From positions 2,269 to 66,268 of the forward strand of contig JAGHHZ010000017.1 of the NCBI GenBank assembly GCA_017887425.1: a stretch of DNA of 64,000 bases. Direction: 5' to 3'. Origin of the DNA: Bacilli bacterium. Its GTDB lineage: Bacteria; Bacillota_I; Bacilli_A; RF39; UBA660. The translations under genes were made by a program, and so were the position numbers. The notes beneath the pieces were generated by a model. The model saw only the letters and a list, made by a program, of their open reading frames with translations, was not told where the DNA came from and ran no database searches. Shown here one piece after another: positions 19,814 through 30,542 of the stretch (the stretch's first letter is position 1; each line of letters opens with the position of its first letter).

Positions 19814-20496
19814 ATGATAATTGCTCCTATAATAAATCCCGTTATATTATTATTTTTATTTTGATGTTTTAAATGACGATATAATTCGAAGAAAACGATA
19901 TAAACAAGCATACCCAAAGTTAGTGCAAACATTACACCAATAATATATTCACTAACTTCCCCCACTAAGTTAATGATTAAAGCCCCAACAAAAGTAGCTA
20001 AGGAAACAATAAAACTAGTTAATAATATTTTACTTTTACTATAATTTGCTATTTCTAAAGAGCTAGAAATAACCATTCCCATCGGAATATTATGTAAGCC
20101 AATTCCGATTCCTAATAATATTCCTAATTCAAAATTACTTTTTAAAGTTGAATATAAAACCATTCCTTCAATAATATTATGAACAACTAAAGCAACACAA
20201 GCCATAATACCAATGTGAAAAACATGATCTTTCTTATGGGAATGTTCATGTTCAGGAATAAATAAGTCTAATAACTTTAATAACCCAAAACCGATCAATC
20301 CATAAAATATCATCGAAAAATAATCTAAATGTTCTAAACAATGCGGTATAACCTCTAAAAATATTAGTAAAAATAAGACACTAAAAGCAATACTTATTGA
20401 TAACTCGGCTATTTTCTTGTTATCTTTGGTAATTAAAATAATCAATGTCCCAATAAAAATAGTCATACCAAATAAAAGTGTAATTAATAAAGTCAT
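19783..20496 (-). CDS. ZIP-family metal (zinc) transporter
   Basis: Eight TM segments, a His-rich loop (EHEHSHKKDH), and HNIIEG / GLHNIPMG motifs. Confidence 0.8.
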   Translation of the reverse strand: MTLLITLLFGMTIFIGTLIILITKDNKKIAELSISIAFSVLFLLIFLEVIPHCLEHLDYFSMIFYGLIGFGLLKLLDLFIPEHEHSHKKDHVFHIGIMACVALVVHNIIEGMVLYSTLKSNFELGILLGIGIGLHNIPMGMVISSSLEIANYSKSKILLTSFIVSLATFVGALIINLVGEVSEYIIGVMFALTLGMLVYIVFFELYRHLKHQNKNNNITGFIIGAIIICISLIFHNH

Positions 20497-20505
20497 AAAA
20501 CCTCC

Positions 20506-22782
20506 TTAGTTAAAAAATCTCGGATATTTTTTAATTAATTTATCGACTAAAATACTCATGATACTAAATATTGTTAACGATATAAATACTAAAATCAAAA
20601 TAAAGATAAACATTTTTAAATTTAAAACTGTTAAAGCAAAGAACTCTCTAAAACCAATTAATGTTCCAATAAAGCCTAAAATTAAGATAATAATTAAACT
20701 TAATCTTAATCTATTTAAAGGAAAACATATTTTAAATAACAATAAGAAACCAGTAAACCCTGTCATTATAACACATAAAGTTGATATTTGTACATCATTT
20801 AATAAGAAAAAGTTACCTAATACTGCAATTATAACAATATTTAAAACAATTGTTAATGAAGTTGGTAAAGATCTACTAAAGACGTTAATTAAAAAATTAC
20901 CTTTAATTCGATTATTATTTGGTTCTAAAGCTAAAATAAACGAAGGAACACCAATAGTAAAAAAGTTAGTTAAAGTTAATTGAATTGGTTGGAAAGGATA
21001 ATTGAAATTAACAAACATAAAAATAACGGCAAGAAAGAAAGCATAACCTGTCTTAGCTAAAAATAAAGTAGCACTTCTTTCAATGTTATTAATAGTTCTT
21101 CTTCCCTCACGAACGATGCTAGGAATCGAATCAAAATCATCATCTAATAAAACCAATTGACTAACATTTCGGGCAGCATCAGTAGCATTTTTAATGGTGA
21201 TACTACAATCAGCTTGTTTTAATGCCAACACGTCATTAACACCATCACCAGTCATCGCCACAAAATGTTTATTTTTTTGTAATATTTCAACCATTTGTTT
21301 TTTTTGAAGAGGTGTAACTCTTGCAAAAATATTATTTTCTAATATAGCATTTTCTAATTCTAAATTATTTAAAGATGAAACATCGATACTTCTAATATCA
21401 GTTAAACCCGCATCACGAGCTATTTTACTAACAGTTTTCACACTATCGCCAGATATTATTTTAATATCGACACCTTCTTTAGCTAAATAATCCAAAGTTT
21501 TTTTAGCATTTTTTCTAATCGTATCTTTCAAAACAATGACACCAATTGGTTCATCATTAAAGCAAATAAGTAAAGTTCGATTATCTTGATTTTCTTTAAC
21601 TTCTCTTATTTCTTTTTTGGTTAAAAACTCGGGAGCCCCAAAAACAAATTTTCCTTCCTTAAATTCAACGCCACTATATTTATATATTGGGGAGAATGGT
21701 ATTTTTTTAATAACTTCGTAATTATCATATTTTTTAAAATATTTACTAATCGCTTCACTAGTTGCATTGTCAACTTCTAAATTATTGACGATATTCCCCA
21801 TCACTTCTTCAAGATTATACTTTTTATTTAAATTAATAACTTTAATTACTTCCATTTTCCCATCAGTAATAGTTCCTGTTTTATCTAAACATATTGTATC
21901 GACTCTTGCTAACATTTCAATACAGTATAATTCTTGAACTAAAACATTTAATCTAGCTAATCTAATAACAGAGACAGCTAAAACTGTACTTGTTAGCAAA
22001 ACTAATCCTTCAGGAATCATTCCAATTAAAGCAGCCACAGTATTTATTACAGCTAACTCTAAATTTTTATCTAAATTATATTGATTTAAAAACAATAATA
22101 AACCTAAAGGAATAATTAAAATAGAAATAACTTTAATTATTTTATTTAATGAATTCATTAAAATTGAATTGATTGGTTTAACATATTTCGCATCCTTACT
22201 AATAACATTGGTATAATTATCTAAAGATACATGTTCAACCTTAGCCTTACAATTTCCTACAACTATAAAGCTTCCTGATTTAAGCATATCGCCTTCTTTA
22301 TAAGTAATTAATTCTGTTTCACCAGTAATAAATGATTCATTAACTGATACCTCACCTTCCATAATAATTGCATCAGTGACAATCTGATTACCAGACTTAA
22401 ACAGAATAATATCATCTAAAACAATATCTTCATTATCAATGGTTACAATCTTACCATCTCTAACTACTTTAGCTTTAGTCGACGTAATAACGGACAATTT
22501 ATCGATAACTAATTTTGATCTTATTTCTTGAACAGTACTAATTAAAGTATTACAAAAAACAATCCCCATAAATAATAAGTTTTTATATGAACCAACAGCA
22601 AAAATAGCTAACGCCAATCCAAAATTAAGAAAATTAAACAAAGTAAAAATGTTATCCCTAATTATTCTTGGAATAGTTTTAGTAGGAACAGATGTCTCTT
22701 TATTAGTTAAACCTTGTTCGATTCTTAATTTAACTTGTTTGCTAGATAAACCTTCATTTAAATTAGGATTAAATCTTTCCAT
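20506..22782 (-). CDS. Cation-translocating P-type ATPase (HAD-IC family)
   Basis: TGE actuator motif (ITGETE), phosphorylation site DKTGTIT, hinge MTGDGVNDVLAL, C-terminal TM bundle. Confidence 0.9.
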   Translation of the reverse strand: MERFNPNLNEGLSSKQVKLRIEQGLTNKETSVPTKTIPRIIRDNIFTLFNFLNFGLALAIFAVGSYKNLLFMGIVFCNTLISTVQEIRSKLVIDKLSVITSTKAKVVRDGKIVTIDNEDIVLDDIILFKSGNQIVTDAIIMEGEVSVNESFITGETELITYKEGDMLKSGSFIVVGNCKAKVEHVSLDNYTNVISKDAKYVKPINSILMNSLNKIIKVISILIIPLGLLLFLNQYNLDKNLELAVINTVAALIGMIPEGLVLLTSTVLAVSVIRLARLNVLVQELYCIEMLARVDTICLDKTGTITDGKMEVIKVINLNKKYNLEEVMGNIVNNLEVDNATSEAISKYFKKYDNYEVIKKIPFSPIYKYSGVEFKEGKFVFGAPEFLTKKEIREVKENQDNRTLLICFNDEPIGVIVLKDTIRKNAKKTLDYLAKEGVDIKIISGDSVKTVSKIARDAGLTDIRSIDVSSLNNLELENAILENNIFARVTPLQKKQMVEILQKNKHFVAMTGDGVNDVLALKQADCSITIKNATDAARNVSQLVLLDDDFDSIPSIVREGRRTINNIERSATLFLAKTGYAFFLAVIFMFVNFNYPFQPIQLTLTNFFTIGVPSFILALEPNNNRIKGNFLINVFSRSLPTSLTIVLNIVIIAVLGNFFLLNDVQISTLCVIMTGFTGFLLLFKICFPLNRLRLSLIIILILGFIGTLIGFREFFALTVLNLKMFIFILILVFISLTIFSIMSILVDKLIKKYPRFFN

Positions 22783-22900
22783 AATATCAACCTTCTTTAA
22801 TTATTGTATCACGCCAAATTAATTATATCAAAAAAAACTAATATTTTTAATGACAATTTTGTAATGTTGTTATATTTTATTAAAATGAGTTAATTTATTG

Positions 22901-22929
22901 TTGATTTATGTTTTGAATTAATTTATAAT
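22901..22929 (+). promoter_or_regulatory. Sigma-A-type promoter of the 29-codon ORF unit
   Basis: TTGATT, 17 nt, TATAAT. Confidence 0.5.
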
Positions 22930-23025
22930 TAACTATAGAGGTATATTTAGTAGTTAGGTGTTTTACTCCATTCGCAATATTATCTTTTTAGTTTTTTGAT
23001 TTTATTGCTTAAGGAGGTGATTTCT

Positions 23026-23115
23026 ATGGTTAAAAAAACTATAGAAAGGATTAATTCCAATGGAATTAATAGTTATTTTTATAACTATCGTATTTTATAC
23101 GATCATAGTCCTTAA
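23026..23115 (+). CDS. Small ORF (29 aa, MVKKTIERINSNGINSYFYNYRILYDHSP)
   Basis: Below the ORF-track size cutoff. It has a near-perfect SD (AAGGAGGTGAtttctATG), its own promoter upstream and a hairpin terminator downstream. Confidence 0.3.
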   Translation: MVKKTIERINSNGINSYFYNYRILYDHSP

Positions 23116-23133
23116 AAAGGACTAATCTTAAAT

Positions 23134-23168
23134 GAAAACACCGAATCAACTTTTGAAACGGTGTTTTC
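23134..23168. terminator. Bidirectional hairpin terminator (small-ORF unit and PFOR 3' region)
   Basis: GAAAACACCG-N15-CGGTGTTTTC (10 bp) with T-rich tracts on both strands. Confidence 0.6.
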
Positions 23169-23319
23169 TTTAAAGATAAACATTTAGAGTAAAACATCTA
23201 ACACAAGGAATATTAAATGTATCTCTTTTTTATTATATGATGATTTCTCATCTATATACATTTTACTATAAATTAATTTTGTTGTCAATATATATTTTTT
23301 TTAACTTAAAATTAAGAGA

Positions 23320-26300
23320 TTATTCCTCACTTAATTTTTTATAATATTCATAAGTTTTAATAGCATTTTCTTTATTCAATTTTAATAATTCATCTGCCTC
23401 ATTATTTATCTTGCTTAAAACTGTATATCTTGTTTGTTTATTTAAAAATTCTTCATAAAGGCTAAAATCAGGATTACAATCTAGACTAAATTTAGTTAAT
23501 GGATTTCTTCTAAAGATTGGAAAATATCCACATTTAACAGCTTCTTTTTCCATTTCTAAGCTATTACTCATACCACCAATAATACAATGAGAAATACAAG
23601 GTGCATAAGCAATAATAATAGCTGGTCCATTATAACTATTAGCTTCATTAAACGCTTTAATTAATTGCATTGGATTAGCTGATAATGATACTTGTGCTAC
23701 ATAAACATTAGGATAAGTCATCATCATTTTAGCTAAATCTTTTTTATTAGTTTTTTTACCGTCACTGGCAAATAAAGCGACACTACCAATTGGCGTAGCC
23801 TTACTAGATTGACCACCAGTATTAGAATAAACTTGGGTATCTAAAACCAATATTTTAACATTTTCCCCACTAGCTAAAACATGATCAATACCTGAAAAAC
23901 CAATATCATAAGCCCAACCATCGCCACCGATAGTCCAAATATTTCTTCTTACAATGTAGTCTTTATAAGGCAGTAAATCAGGGTACTTATTAAAATCTAT
24001 AGTATCATAATATTTTTTAGTTATATTATAATCATTAATATTTTCAATATATTCTTTAAATTCAGGATATTTACTCATAATTTTGACAATTTTTTCTTTA
24101 TTAAATTTGTCAGCTTGTAAAAATCCAAAACCATATTCGGCATTATCCTCAAATAAAGAACTGGCCCAAGGAACAGTATATGGCGTTGATGGAGCACTAG
24201 CGCCATAAATAGAAGAACAGCCGGTCGCATTAGCGATAATCATACTATCACCAAATAATTGCGTTAACAATTTAATATAAGCAGTCTGACCACAACCGGC
24301 ACATGCCCCACTAAATTCTAATTTAGGTTCTCTAAATTGAGTATTTTTAATATAATTCAAATTAGTCTCTTTACAAGTTATATTTTTAGATAAATAATCG
24401 AAAATCTTTTGCTCTTGTTCTTCATCAACCAATTTAGAGAAAATAAGTGATTTTTCTTTTGATAAACAAGATTTAATACATAATCCACATCCAGTACAAT
24501 CTTTAACACTTATACCAATAATAAATTTATCGACACATCTTTCTTTTATATAGCTAGGAGCTTTTTCATATTCTTCATCGGATAATTGATATGGTCTAAT
24601 CACCCCATGTGGACAAACAAATGAACACATATTACATTTAATACAATTACTACTGATCCATTTAGGAACTAAATCAGAAATACATCTTTTTTCTTCTCTA
24701 CTTGTTCCTGCTTTAAAAGTTCCATCTGGCATTTCACTAAAACTAGAAACAGGTAGTTTATCTCCTAATCTTTTACGCATAGCCAAATAAACATCGACAT
24801 ATTTTGGCCTTTCTTCATTATTGTAATTATCATCTAATTTAATTTCTTTTAAATAAGTAGTAGCTAAATCAATAGCTTCAACATTAGCTTTAGCGATACT
24901 TTCACTTTTTAAACCAAAACGTTTAGTAACATCATCTTTTAAATCCGTTTTAATCTTATCAAAATCAACCAAATTAGATAAATAAAATATAATAACTTCC
25001 ATAATTGTACTTATTTTATTATTTAAACCAACTTTACGAGCTAATTCATAAGCATTAATAATATAAAATTTAATATTTTTTTCTTTGATTATTTTTTTTA
25101 CATCAGAACTTAAAAAATTATTTACTTCGCTCTCTGTCTTAACTGTATTTAAAATAAAAGTTCCATTTTCTTTAATATTTGAAAGGATATCAAAATCATC
25201 CATATAGGTATCTTTAGTAACGACTATTAGTGACGGATTATCAACATAATAAGTTGCTTTAATTGGGTTATCACTAAATCTTAAATGACAGTTAGTAACA
25301 CCACCTGATTTTTTTGAATCATATTGGAAATAGCCTTGAACATATTTATCAGTATTTTTACCAACTAATTTAATAATTGATTTACTAGCACTAACCATTC
25401 CATCAGATCCATAACCATATATCAACATTTCTAAACCATTATTTAGTTTATAGTTTTCCTCTTTTAAACTTAAGTTAGTAACATCATCTTGAATTCCAAT
25501 AGTAAAGTTATGAATAGGATTATCTAACATGTCATAAACAGCTTTAATTTGACTAGGTGTGGTATTTTTACTTGATAAACCGTATCTACCACCTACTACT
25601 TTGATATTTTCATCTTTTAAAACATTGCAAACATCTAAGTATAAAGGTCCTTCACTGCCAAACTCTTTAGTTCGATCTAAAACAGCAATCTTATCGACAG
25701 TATTAGGAATTACTTCTTTTAAATACTTACTAGAAAAAGGTCGATATAAATGGACTTCGATTAACCCTAAATCTTCATTTAAATCATCAATTACTTCTTT
25801 AATTGTCTCGCAAACTGAACCCATCGCAATGATTACTTTGTGAGCATTAGGACTTCCATAATAATTAAATGGTTTATAATTCATACCAGTTATTTTATTT
25901 ATTTTTTCCATATAACTATTAACAATATCAGGTACCTTATCATAATATTTATTTCTTATTTCGGTTGCTTGAAAATAAATATCATCGCTTTGACTAGTGC
26001 CATATGTTTTAGGATTATAAGGATTAATAGCTTTATTTCTAAATTCTTGCAACTTATCATAATTAATTAAATCTTTAACATCATCACGCTCTAAAACATT
26101 GATTTTTTGTAGTTCATGACTAGTTCTAAAGCCATCAAAAAAATGCATAAAAGGTAAACTACTTTCAATCGCCGATAAGTGAGCTACCACACCTAAATAG
26201 TTAGCATCGCTAACGTTACTTGAAGCTAGCATATTAAAGCCAGTCATTCTCGTTGCATAAATATCTTGATGATCGCCTAAAATTGATAAAGCATGAGTCG

Positions 26301-26655
26301 ATAAACTACGAGCAGCTACATGCATAACACATGGTAACATTTCTCCTGCTATTTTATACATATTAGGTATCATCAATAATAATCCTTGACTAGCTGTATA
26401 AGTACTAGTTAAAATACCTGCTCTAAGTAATCCATGAACTAAGCCACTAGCGCCTGCTTCACTTTGCATTTCAATTACTTTAACCTTATCACCAAAAATA
26501 TTAGTTAATCCTTGACTACTCCAAGTATCGATGTGTTCAGCCATCGGACTTGAAGGCGTTATTGGATAAATACCTGCTACTTCGGTAAACAAATAAGAAG
26601 CATTACTACAAGCTTCGTTGCCATCAATTATAACTTTTTTCAATATAATCACCAA
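23320..26655 (-). CDS. nifJ: Pyruvate:ferredoxin (flavodoxin) oxidoreductase
   Basis: 1111 aa. N-terminus DGNEA...YPITPSS, two 4Fe-4S ferredoxin motifs (CIKCNMCSFVCPHG, CTGCGLCIKSC), and a TPP-binding block GGDGWAYDIG. The true start may be the TTG at 26643 (MKKVIIDGNEA), behind GGTGA. Confidence 0.95.
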   Translation of the reverse strand: MVIILKKVIIDGNEACSNASYLFTEVAGIYPITPSSPMAEHIDTWSSQGLTNIFGDKVKVIEMQSEAGASGLVHGLLRAGILTSTYTASQGLLLMIPNMYKIAGEMLPCVMHVAARSLSTHALSILGDHQDIYATRMTGFNMLASSNVSDANYLGVVAHLSAIESSLPFMHFFDGFRTSHELQKINVLERDDVKDLINYDKLQEFRNKAINPYNPKTYGTSQSDDIYFQATEIRNKYYDKVPDIVNSYMEKINKITGMNYKPFNYYGSPNAHKVIIAMGSVCETIKEVIDDLNEDLGLIEVHLYRPFSSKYLKEVIPNTVDKIAVLDRTKEFGSEGPLYLDVCNVLKDENIKVVGGRYGLSSKNTTPSQIKAVYDMLDNPIHNFTIGIQDDVTNLSLKEENYKLNNGLEMLIYGYGSDGMVSASKSIIKLVGKNTDKYVQGYFQYDSKKSGGVTNCHLRFSDNPIKATYYVDNPSLIVVTKDTYMDDFDILSNIKENGTFILNTVKTESEVNNFLSSDVKKIIKEKNIKFYIINAYELARKVGLNNKISTIMEVIIFYLSNLVDFDKIKTDLKDDVTKRFGLKSESIAKANVEAIDLATTYLKEIKLDDNYNNEERPKYVDVYLAMRKRLGDKLPVSSFSEMPDGTFKAGTSREEKRCISDLVPKWISSNCIKCNMCSFVCPHGVIRPYQLSDEEYEKAPSYIKERCVDKFIIGISVKDCTGCGLCIKSCLSKEKSLIFSKLVDEEQEQKIFDYLSKNITCKETNLNYIKNTQFREPKLEFSGACAGCGQTAYIKLLTQLFGDSMIIANATGCSSIYGASAPSTPYTVPWASSLFEDNAEYGFGFLQADKFNKEKIVKIMSKYPEFKEYIENINDYNITKKYYDTIDFNKYPDLLPYKDYIVRRNIWTIGGDGWAYDIGFSGIDHVLASGENVKILVLDTQVYSNTGGQSSKATPIGSVALFASDGKKTNKKDLAKMMMTYPNVYVAQVSLSANPMQLIKAFNEANSYNGPAIIIAYAPCISHCIIGGMSNSLEMEKEAVKCGYFPIFRRNPLTKFSLDCNPDFSLYEEFLNKQTRYTVLSKINNEADELLKLNKENAIKTYEYYKKLSEE

Positions 26656-26701
26656 CCTAATTATACTATAAATTTAAAAAAAATTAATAAAAAAGATTGA
26701 G

Positions 26702-27622
26702 TTATTTTAAAAAATGTCTTTTTACTTTACTCAATCCATGTTTAATCGTTTCTTCCCTACCCAAAGTCGAACTACTGCTAATAGCCAATCTAATTGAATT
26801 AATAAAATTAGTTTTTCGAAAATATTTTTTTATAATATGACTTATTTTTTCTAATTCTTCTTTACTCATATTATCTAAATTGTAATCTTTTAAATAATTC
26901 ATTAAATATATCCTAATATTATCAGGTAATTGCCCAACAAATTCAATAGGATGAGGGTTCAAAATATATTGTGAGCTAGACGTGATAAGCTTACTTTGAC
27001 CATAAGTAGTATCAAAAAAGTCATAAGCCCCACTAACAATATCCGTCGCTTTACTTTTCTTCTCACCCGGTAAAATTGTTCTAAAATCATATAAGTATGT
27101 TAAATTAGAAATAGTGTTATATAACTCTGTTAGAGTTAAAACATCGTTATCATTAAACAATAAAGCAGTTATAAGAATATTTTCTCGATTTCTTTGAATT
27201 GCTTTTTCTAATTCTTCGGGAATATTTTGATATAAAATTGGTTTAGTCAAACGACCAGCCATGCCAAAAAATTTCCACGTTTTCAAATCTTGTTCTAAAG
27301 TTTTTCTTGATACAACCATCGCTTTAAAATGAATATTGTTATGATTGAATTTTAAACAACCAATATTGCTATAGAAATTGTCACTTTCCTTTTTCCTTAA
27401 TAATTTACTCTTATCAAAACCTTTGGAAAAATGATGAGCATTTTGTTCATAATCACTAATTAAAAACTGTTTAAAATCATCGACTACTACAATAACATCT
27501 TTATCTGGTTTTTCTAAAGCATCATATCCTGTTTGCTTATATATTCCCGATCCATAACCAATAACGGCAACCGTTTCAGGTAAATCTTCTTTTAAGTTTT
27601 CAATTATTTCTAAATTATTCAT
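26702..27622 (-). CDS. Tam41/Mmp37-family nucleotidyltransferase (putative CDP-diacylglycerol synthase)
   Basis: GYGSGIYKQ, DVIVVVDD, and FKAMVVSRKTLEQDLKTWKFFGMAGRLTKPI. The last block matches the yeast Tam41 block KYGVVSMETLLKDIATWNTFYLAGRLQKPV as I recall it. Confidence 0.75.
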   Translation of the reverse strand: MNNLEIIENLKEDLPETVAVIGYGSGIYKQTGYDALEKPDKDVIVVVDDFKQFLISDYEQNAHHFSKGFDKSKLLRKKESDNFYSNIGCLKFNHNNIHFKAMVVSRKTLEQDLKTWKFFGMAGRLTKPILYQNIPEELEKAIQRNRENILITALLFNDNDVLTLTELYNTISNLTYLYDFRTILPGEKKSKATDIVSGAYDFFDTTYGQSKLITSSSQYILNPHPIEFVGQLPDNIRIYLMNYLKDYNLDNMSKEELEKISHIIKKYFRKTNFINSIRLAISSSSTLGREETIKHGLSKVKRHFLK

Positions 27623-27705
27623 TTTTTTCTCCTTTAAATGCTTGTTATTATATCATATATTACACTAATTTACAAAACTTAATAATTAAAAAAATGAAAT
27701 TACTT

Positions 27706-29100
27706 TCATTTTTTCTTTAATTCTTCAACTAATACTTGATTAGCTAATCCTGGATTTACTTGACCTTTACTTTCTTTCATAATTTGTCCCATCAAATATT
27801 TAACTGCGCGATCTTTTCCTTCTTTAAAATCTTTAACTGAATCTGGATTAGCATCGATAACTTTAGTTACGATATCTAAAACTAAACTATTATCACTAAT
27901 TTGTTCCATTTTGTTTTCTTTAACTATTTCTAAAACATCTTTACCAGTATCTAATAAAATATTAATTACTTCTTTACCTTGTTTACTAGATATTGTTTTT
28001 TTATCCAATAACTCAACTAATTTAATAAAATTATCTTTAGTTAATTTACTTTCTTCTAGCTTTATAAAATGCTTATTTAAATAAGATAAAATATCACCAG
28101 TTAATAAATTAGCTGCTATATTAGGATTAACGTCATCAATAACTGTTTCAAAGAAATTACATATTTCTTTATTAGCAATTATTGTTTTAATATTATTATT
28201 ATTTATTCCTAATTTAGTATATTTATCTTTCAATTCATCAGTTAAAACAGGCATTTCCCTTTTAATTTGTTCTATCCATTCATCATCGATATAAACATAA
28301 GGAATATCTGGTTCTGGAAAATAACGATAGTCATTACCAGTTTCTTTATAACGCATTAAAATAGTTGTTTTAGATTTATCATCAAATCTTCTTGTTTGTT
28401 CAATAATTACTTCACCATTAGCGAGTAATTCTTCTTGTCTTTGAATCTCATAATCGATAGCAACGCCAACATTAGAAATTGAGCCAATGTTTTTAACTTC
28501 CACTTTTGTACCCAGCTCATCAGTGTCACTAACTGAAACGTTAACATCGCAACGCATACTTCCCTCTTCTATTTTAACGTCACTTATTCCTAAATATAGT
28601 AAAGTTTCTCTTAATTTTTCTAAATATTCAACTGCTTCTTTTCCACTACTGATACAAGGTTTAGTAACAATTTCAAGTAATGGTACCCCTGCTCTATTAA
28701 AATTAAGTAAAGTATCAGTTGTATGTAAACTCTTACAAGTATCTTCTTCAATATGCATTCTTTCTAAATATATTTTTTTATTACTTATTTCGACATAGCC
28801 ATCATATCCGATTGGTGTATCTTGTTGGGTAATCTGATATCCTTTTGGTAAATCAGGATAAAAATAGTTTTTACGGTCAAAATGCATTAAACGGTTAATA
28901 TTAAAATTCAAAGCTAAACAAGCTTTTAAAGCATCATCGATAACGCCTTTATTTAATCTTGGTAAAACACCGGGATAACCTAAATCGATAACGTTGATGT
29001 TAGTATTTGATTCATCGTTAAAATTATTTTTACTTAAAGAAAATACTTTAGCCATACTTTTCAATTCCACATGAACTTCAATACCGATTGTTGGTTTCAT
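27706..29100 (-). CDS. gatB: Asp/Glu-tRNA amidotransferase subunit B
   Basis: MKPTIGIEVHVEL..., PGVLP, and a C-terminal YqeY-like tail. Part of the gatCAB operon order. Confidence 0.95.
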   Translation of the reverse strand: MKPTIGIEVHVELKSMAKVFSLSKNNFNDESNTNINVIDLGYPGVLPRLNKGVIDDALKACLALNFNINRLMHFDRKNYFYPDLPKGYQITQQDTPIGYDGYVEISNKKIYLERMHIEEDTCKSLHTTDTLLNFNRAGVPLLEIVTKPCISSGKEAVEYLEKLRETLLYLGISDVKIEEGSMRCDVNVSVSDTDELGTKVEVKNIGSISNVGVAIDYEIQRQEELLANGEVIIEQTRRFDDKSKTTILMRYKETGNDYRYFPEPDIPYVYIDDEWIEQIKREMPVLTDELKDKYTKLGINNNNIKTIIANKEICNFFETVIDDVNPNIAANLLTGDILSYLNKHFIKLEESKLTKDNFIKLVELLDKKTISSKQGKEVINILLDTGKDVLEIVKENKMEQISDNSLVLDIVTKVIDANPDSVKDFKEGKDRAVKYLMGQIMKESKGQVNPGLANQVLVEELKKK

Positions 29101-30542
29101 TATTTTACCTCCTTTATATTTAAATCTAAGTTTAGTTCTTTTTCAACAAAACTAGCTAATTGATAAATTTTATCTTCTTCAAAATAGTTACCGATAATAT
29201 GCATACCGATTGGTAAATTATTTTTAAATCCAACTGGTAAACTTAAAGCTGGAAGACCTGACATATTAACAGGGATTGTTAATAAATCATCGTAAAATGA
29301 TTTTAAAGCATCATCTTGTTTAGTTCCTAATTTATAGGCTACATCAGTATTAGTAGGACCGATAATCAAATCATATTTAGCTAAGCACTTTTTAAAACTA
29401 TCAGTCATGGCTTTTCTTAATTTTAAAGCTTTATAATAATAGATATTCGCGTTTTCGCCACTTAAAATATAAGAACCGATCATAATTCTTCTTTTTACTT
29501 CATTACCAAAGCCTTCAGTTCTAGTGTTTTTATATAATTCGTCAATATTTTTAAAGTCATCGACTTTTAATCCATATTTAACGCCGTCATACCTAGCTAA
29601 ATTACTACTAGCTTCACCTAAAGCGATAACTTGATATAAAGGAATCGCATATTCTAAATAATCAATATCAACATAATCAATTTGACAACCTTTTTCTTTT
29701 AATAAATCAATAACATCTAAAACAGCTTGTCTAACAGTTTTATCAATTGTATCACTCATATAATAATTAGGAACTGCTATTTTTAAATTAGAAACATCTT
29801 GTCCAATTAAAGAAGTATAATCTTTAACTTGTTCTTTTGAAGAAGTTAAATCGTTTTTATCATAACCACTAATGACATTCAATAATAATGCATTTTCATA
29901 AACATTGCGTGTAATTGGACCAACTTGATCTAAACTTGATGCGAAAGCGATAATACCATATCTTGATACTCTTCCATAAGTTGGTTTAAGTCCGACTAAG
30001 CCACAAAAACTAGAAGGCTGTCTAATTGAGCCACCTGTATCAGTACCTAATGATAAAGGAGTAATTCTTGCAGCTACACAAGCCGCAGATCCAGAAGAAG
30101 AACCACCAGGAACTAACGATTTATTCCAAGGATTTAAAGTATTACCAAAATAACTAGTTTCTCCAGTTGAACCCATAGCAAATTCATCCATGTTAGTTTT
30201 ACCAATAATAATCATATTTTTTTCTTTAATCTTACTAATAACAGTTGCATCATAAATAGGAATAAAATCATCTAAAATATGGCTAGCGGCTGTTGTTCTT
30301 AAATCTTTAGTAATAATATTATCTTTAATTGCAATTGGAAGTCCAAACAAAATATTATCTACTTCTTTTTTTTCTAACTCTAAAGCTTGTTTAATTGCTT
30401 CTTCTTTATTTAAAGTTATAAAACAATTTAAATCAGTTTCTTCAATTCTTTTAAAAGCTTCATTAACTAAATCAATCGGTTTAATTTCTTTAGTTTTTAA
30501 TTTTTCATTAATTGTTTTTATATCTAAATCTAAATATCTCAT
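29100..30542 (-). CDS. gatA: Glu-tRNA(Gln) amidotransferase subunit A
   Basis: Amidase signature GGSSSGSAACVA...GTDTGGSIRQP. Overlaps both neighbours. Confidence 0.95.
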   Translation of the reverse strand: MRYLDLDIKTINEKLKTKEIKPIDLVNEAFKRIEETDLNCFITLNKEEAIKQALELEKKEVDNILFGLPIAIKDNIITKDLRTTAASHILDDFIPIYDATVISKIKEKNMIIIGKTNMDEFAMGSTGETSYFGNTLNPWNKSLVPGGSSSGSAACVAARITPLSLGTDTGGSIRQPSSFCGLVGLKPTYGRVSRYGIIAFASSLDQVGPITRNVYENALLLNVISGYDKNDLTSSKEQVKDYTSLIGQDVSNLKIAVPNYYMSDTIDKTVRQAVLDVIDLLKEKGCQIDYVDIDYLEYAIPLYQVIALGEASSNLARYDGVKYGLKVDDFKNIDELYKNTRTEGFGNEVKRRIMIGSYILSGENANIYYYKALKLRKAMTDSFKKCLAKYDLIIGPTNTDVAYKLGTKQDDALKSFYDDLLTIPVNMSGLPALSLPVGFKNNLPIGMHIIGNYFEEDKIYQLASFVEKELNLDLNIKEVK

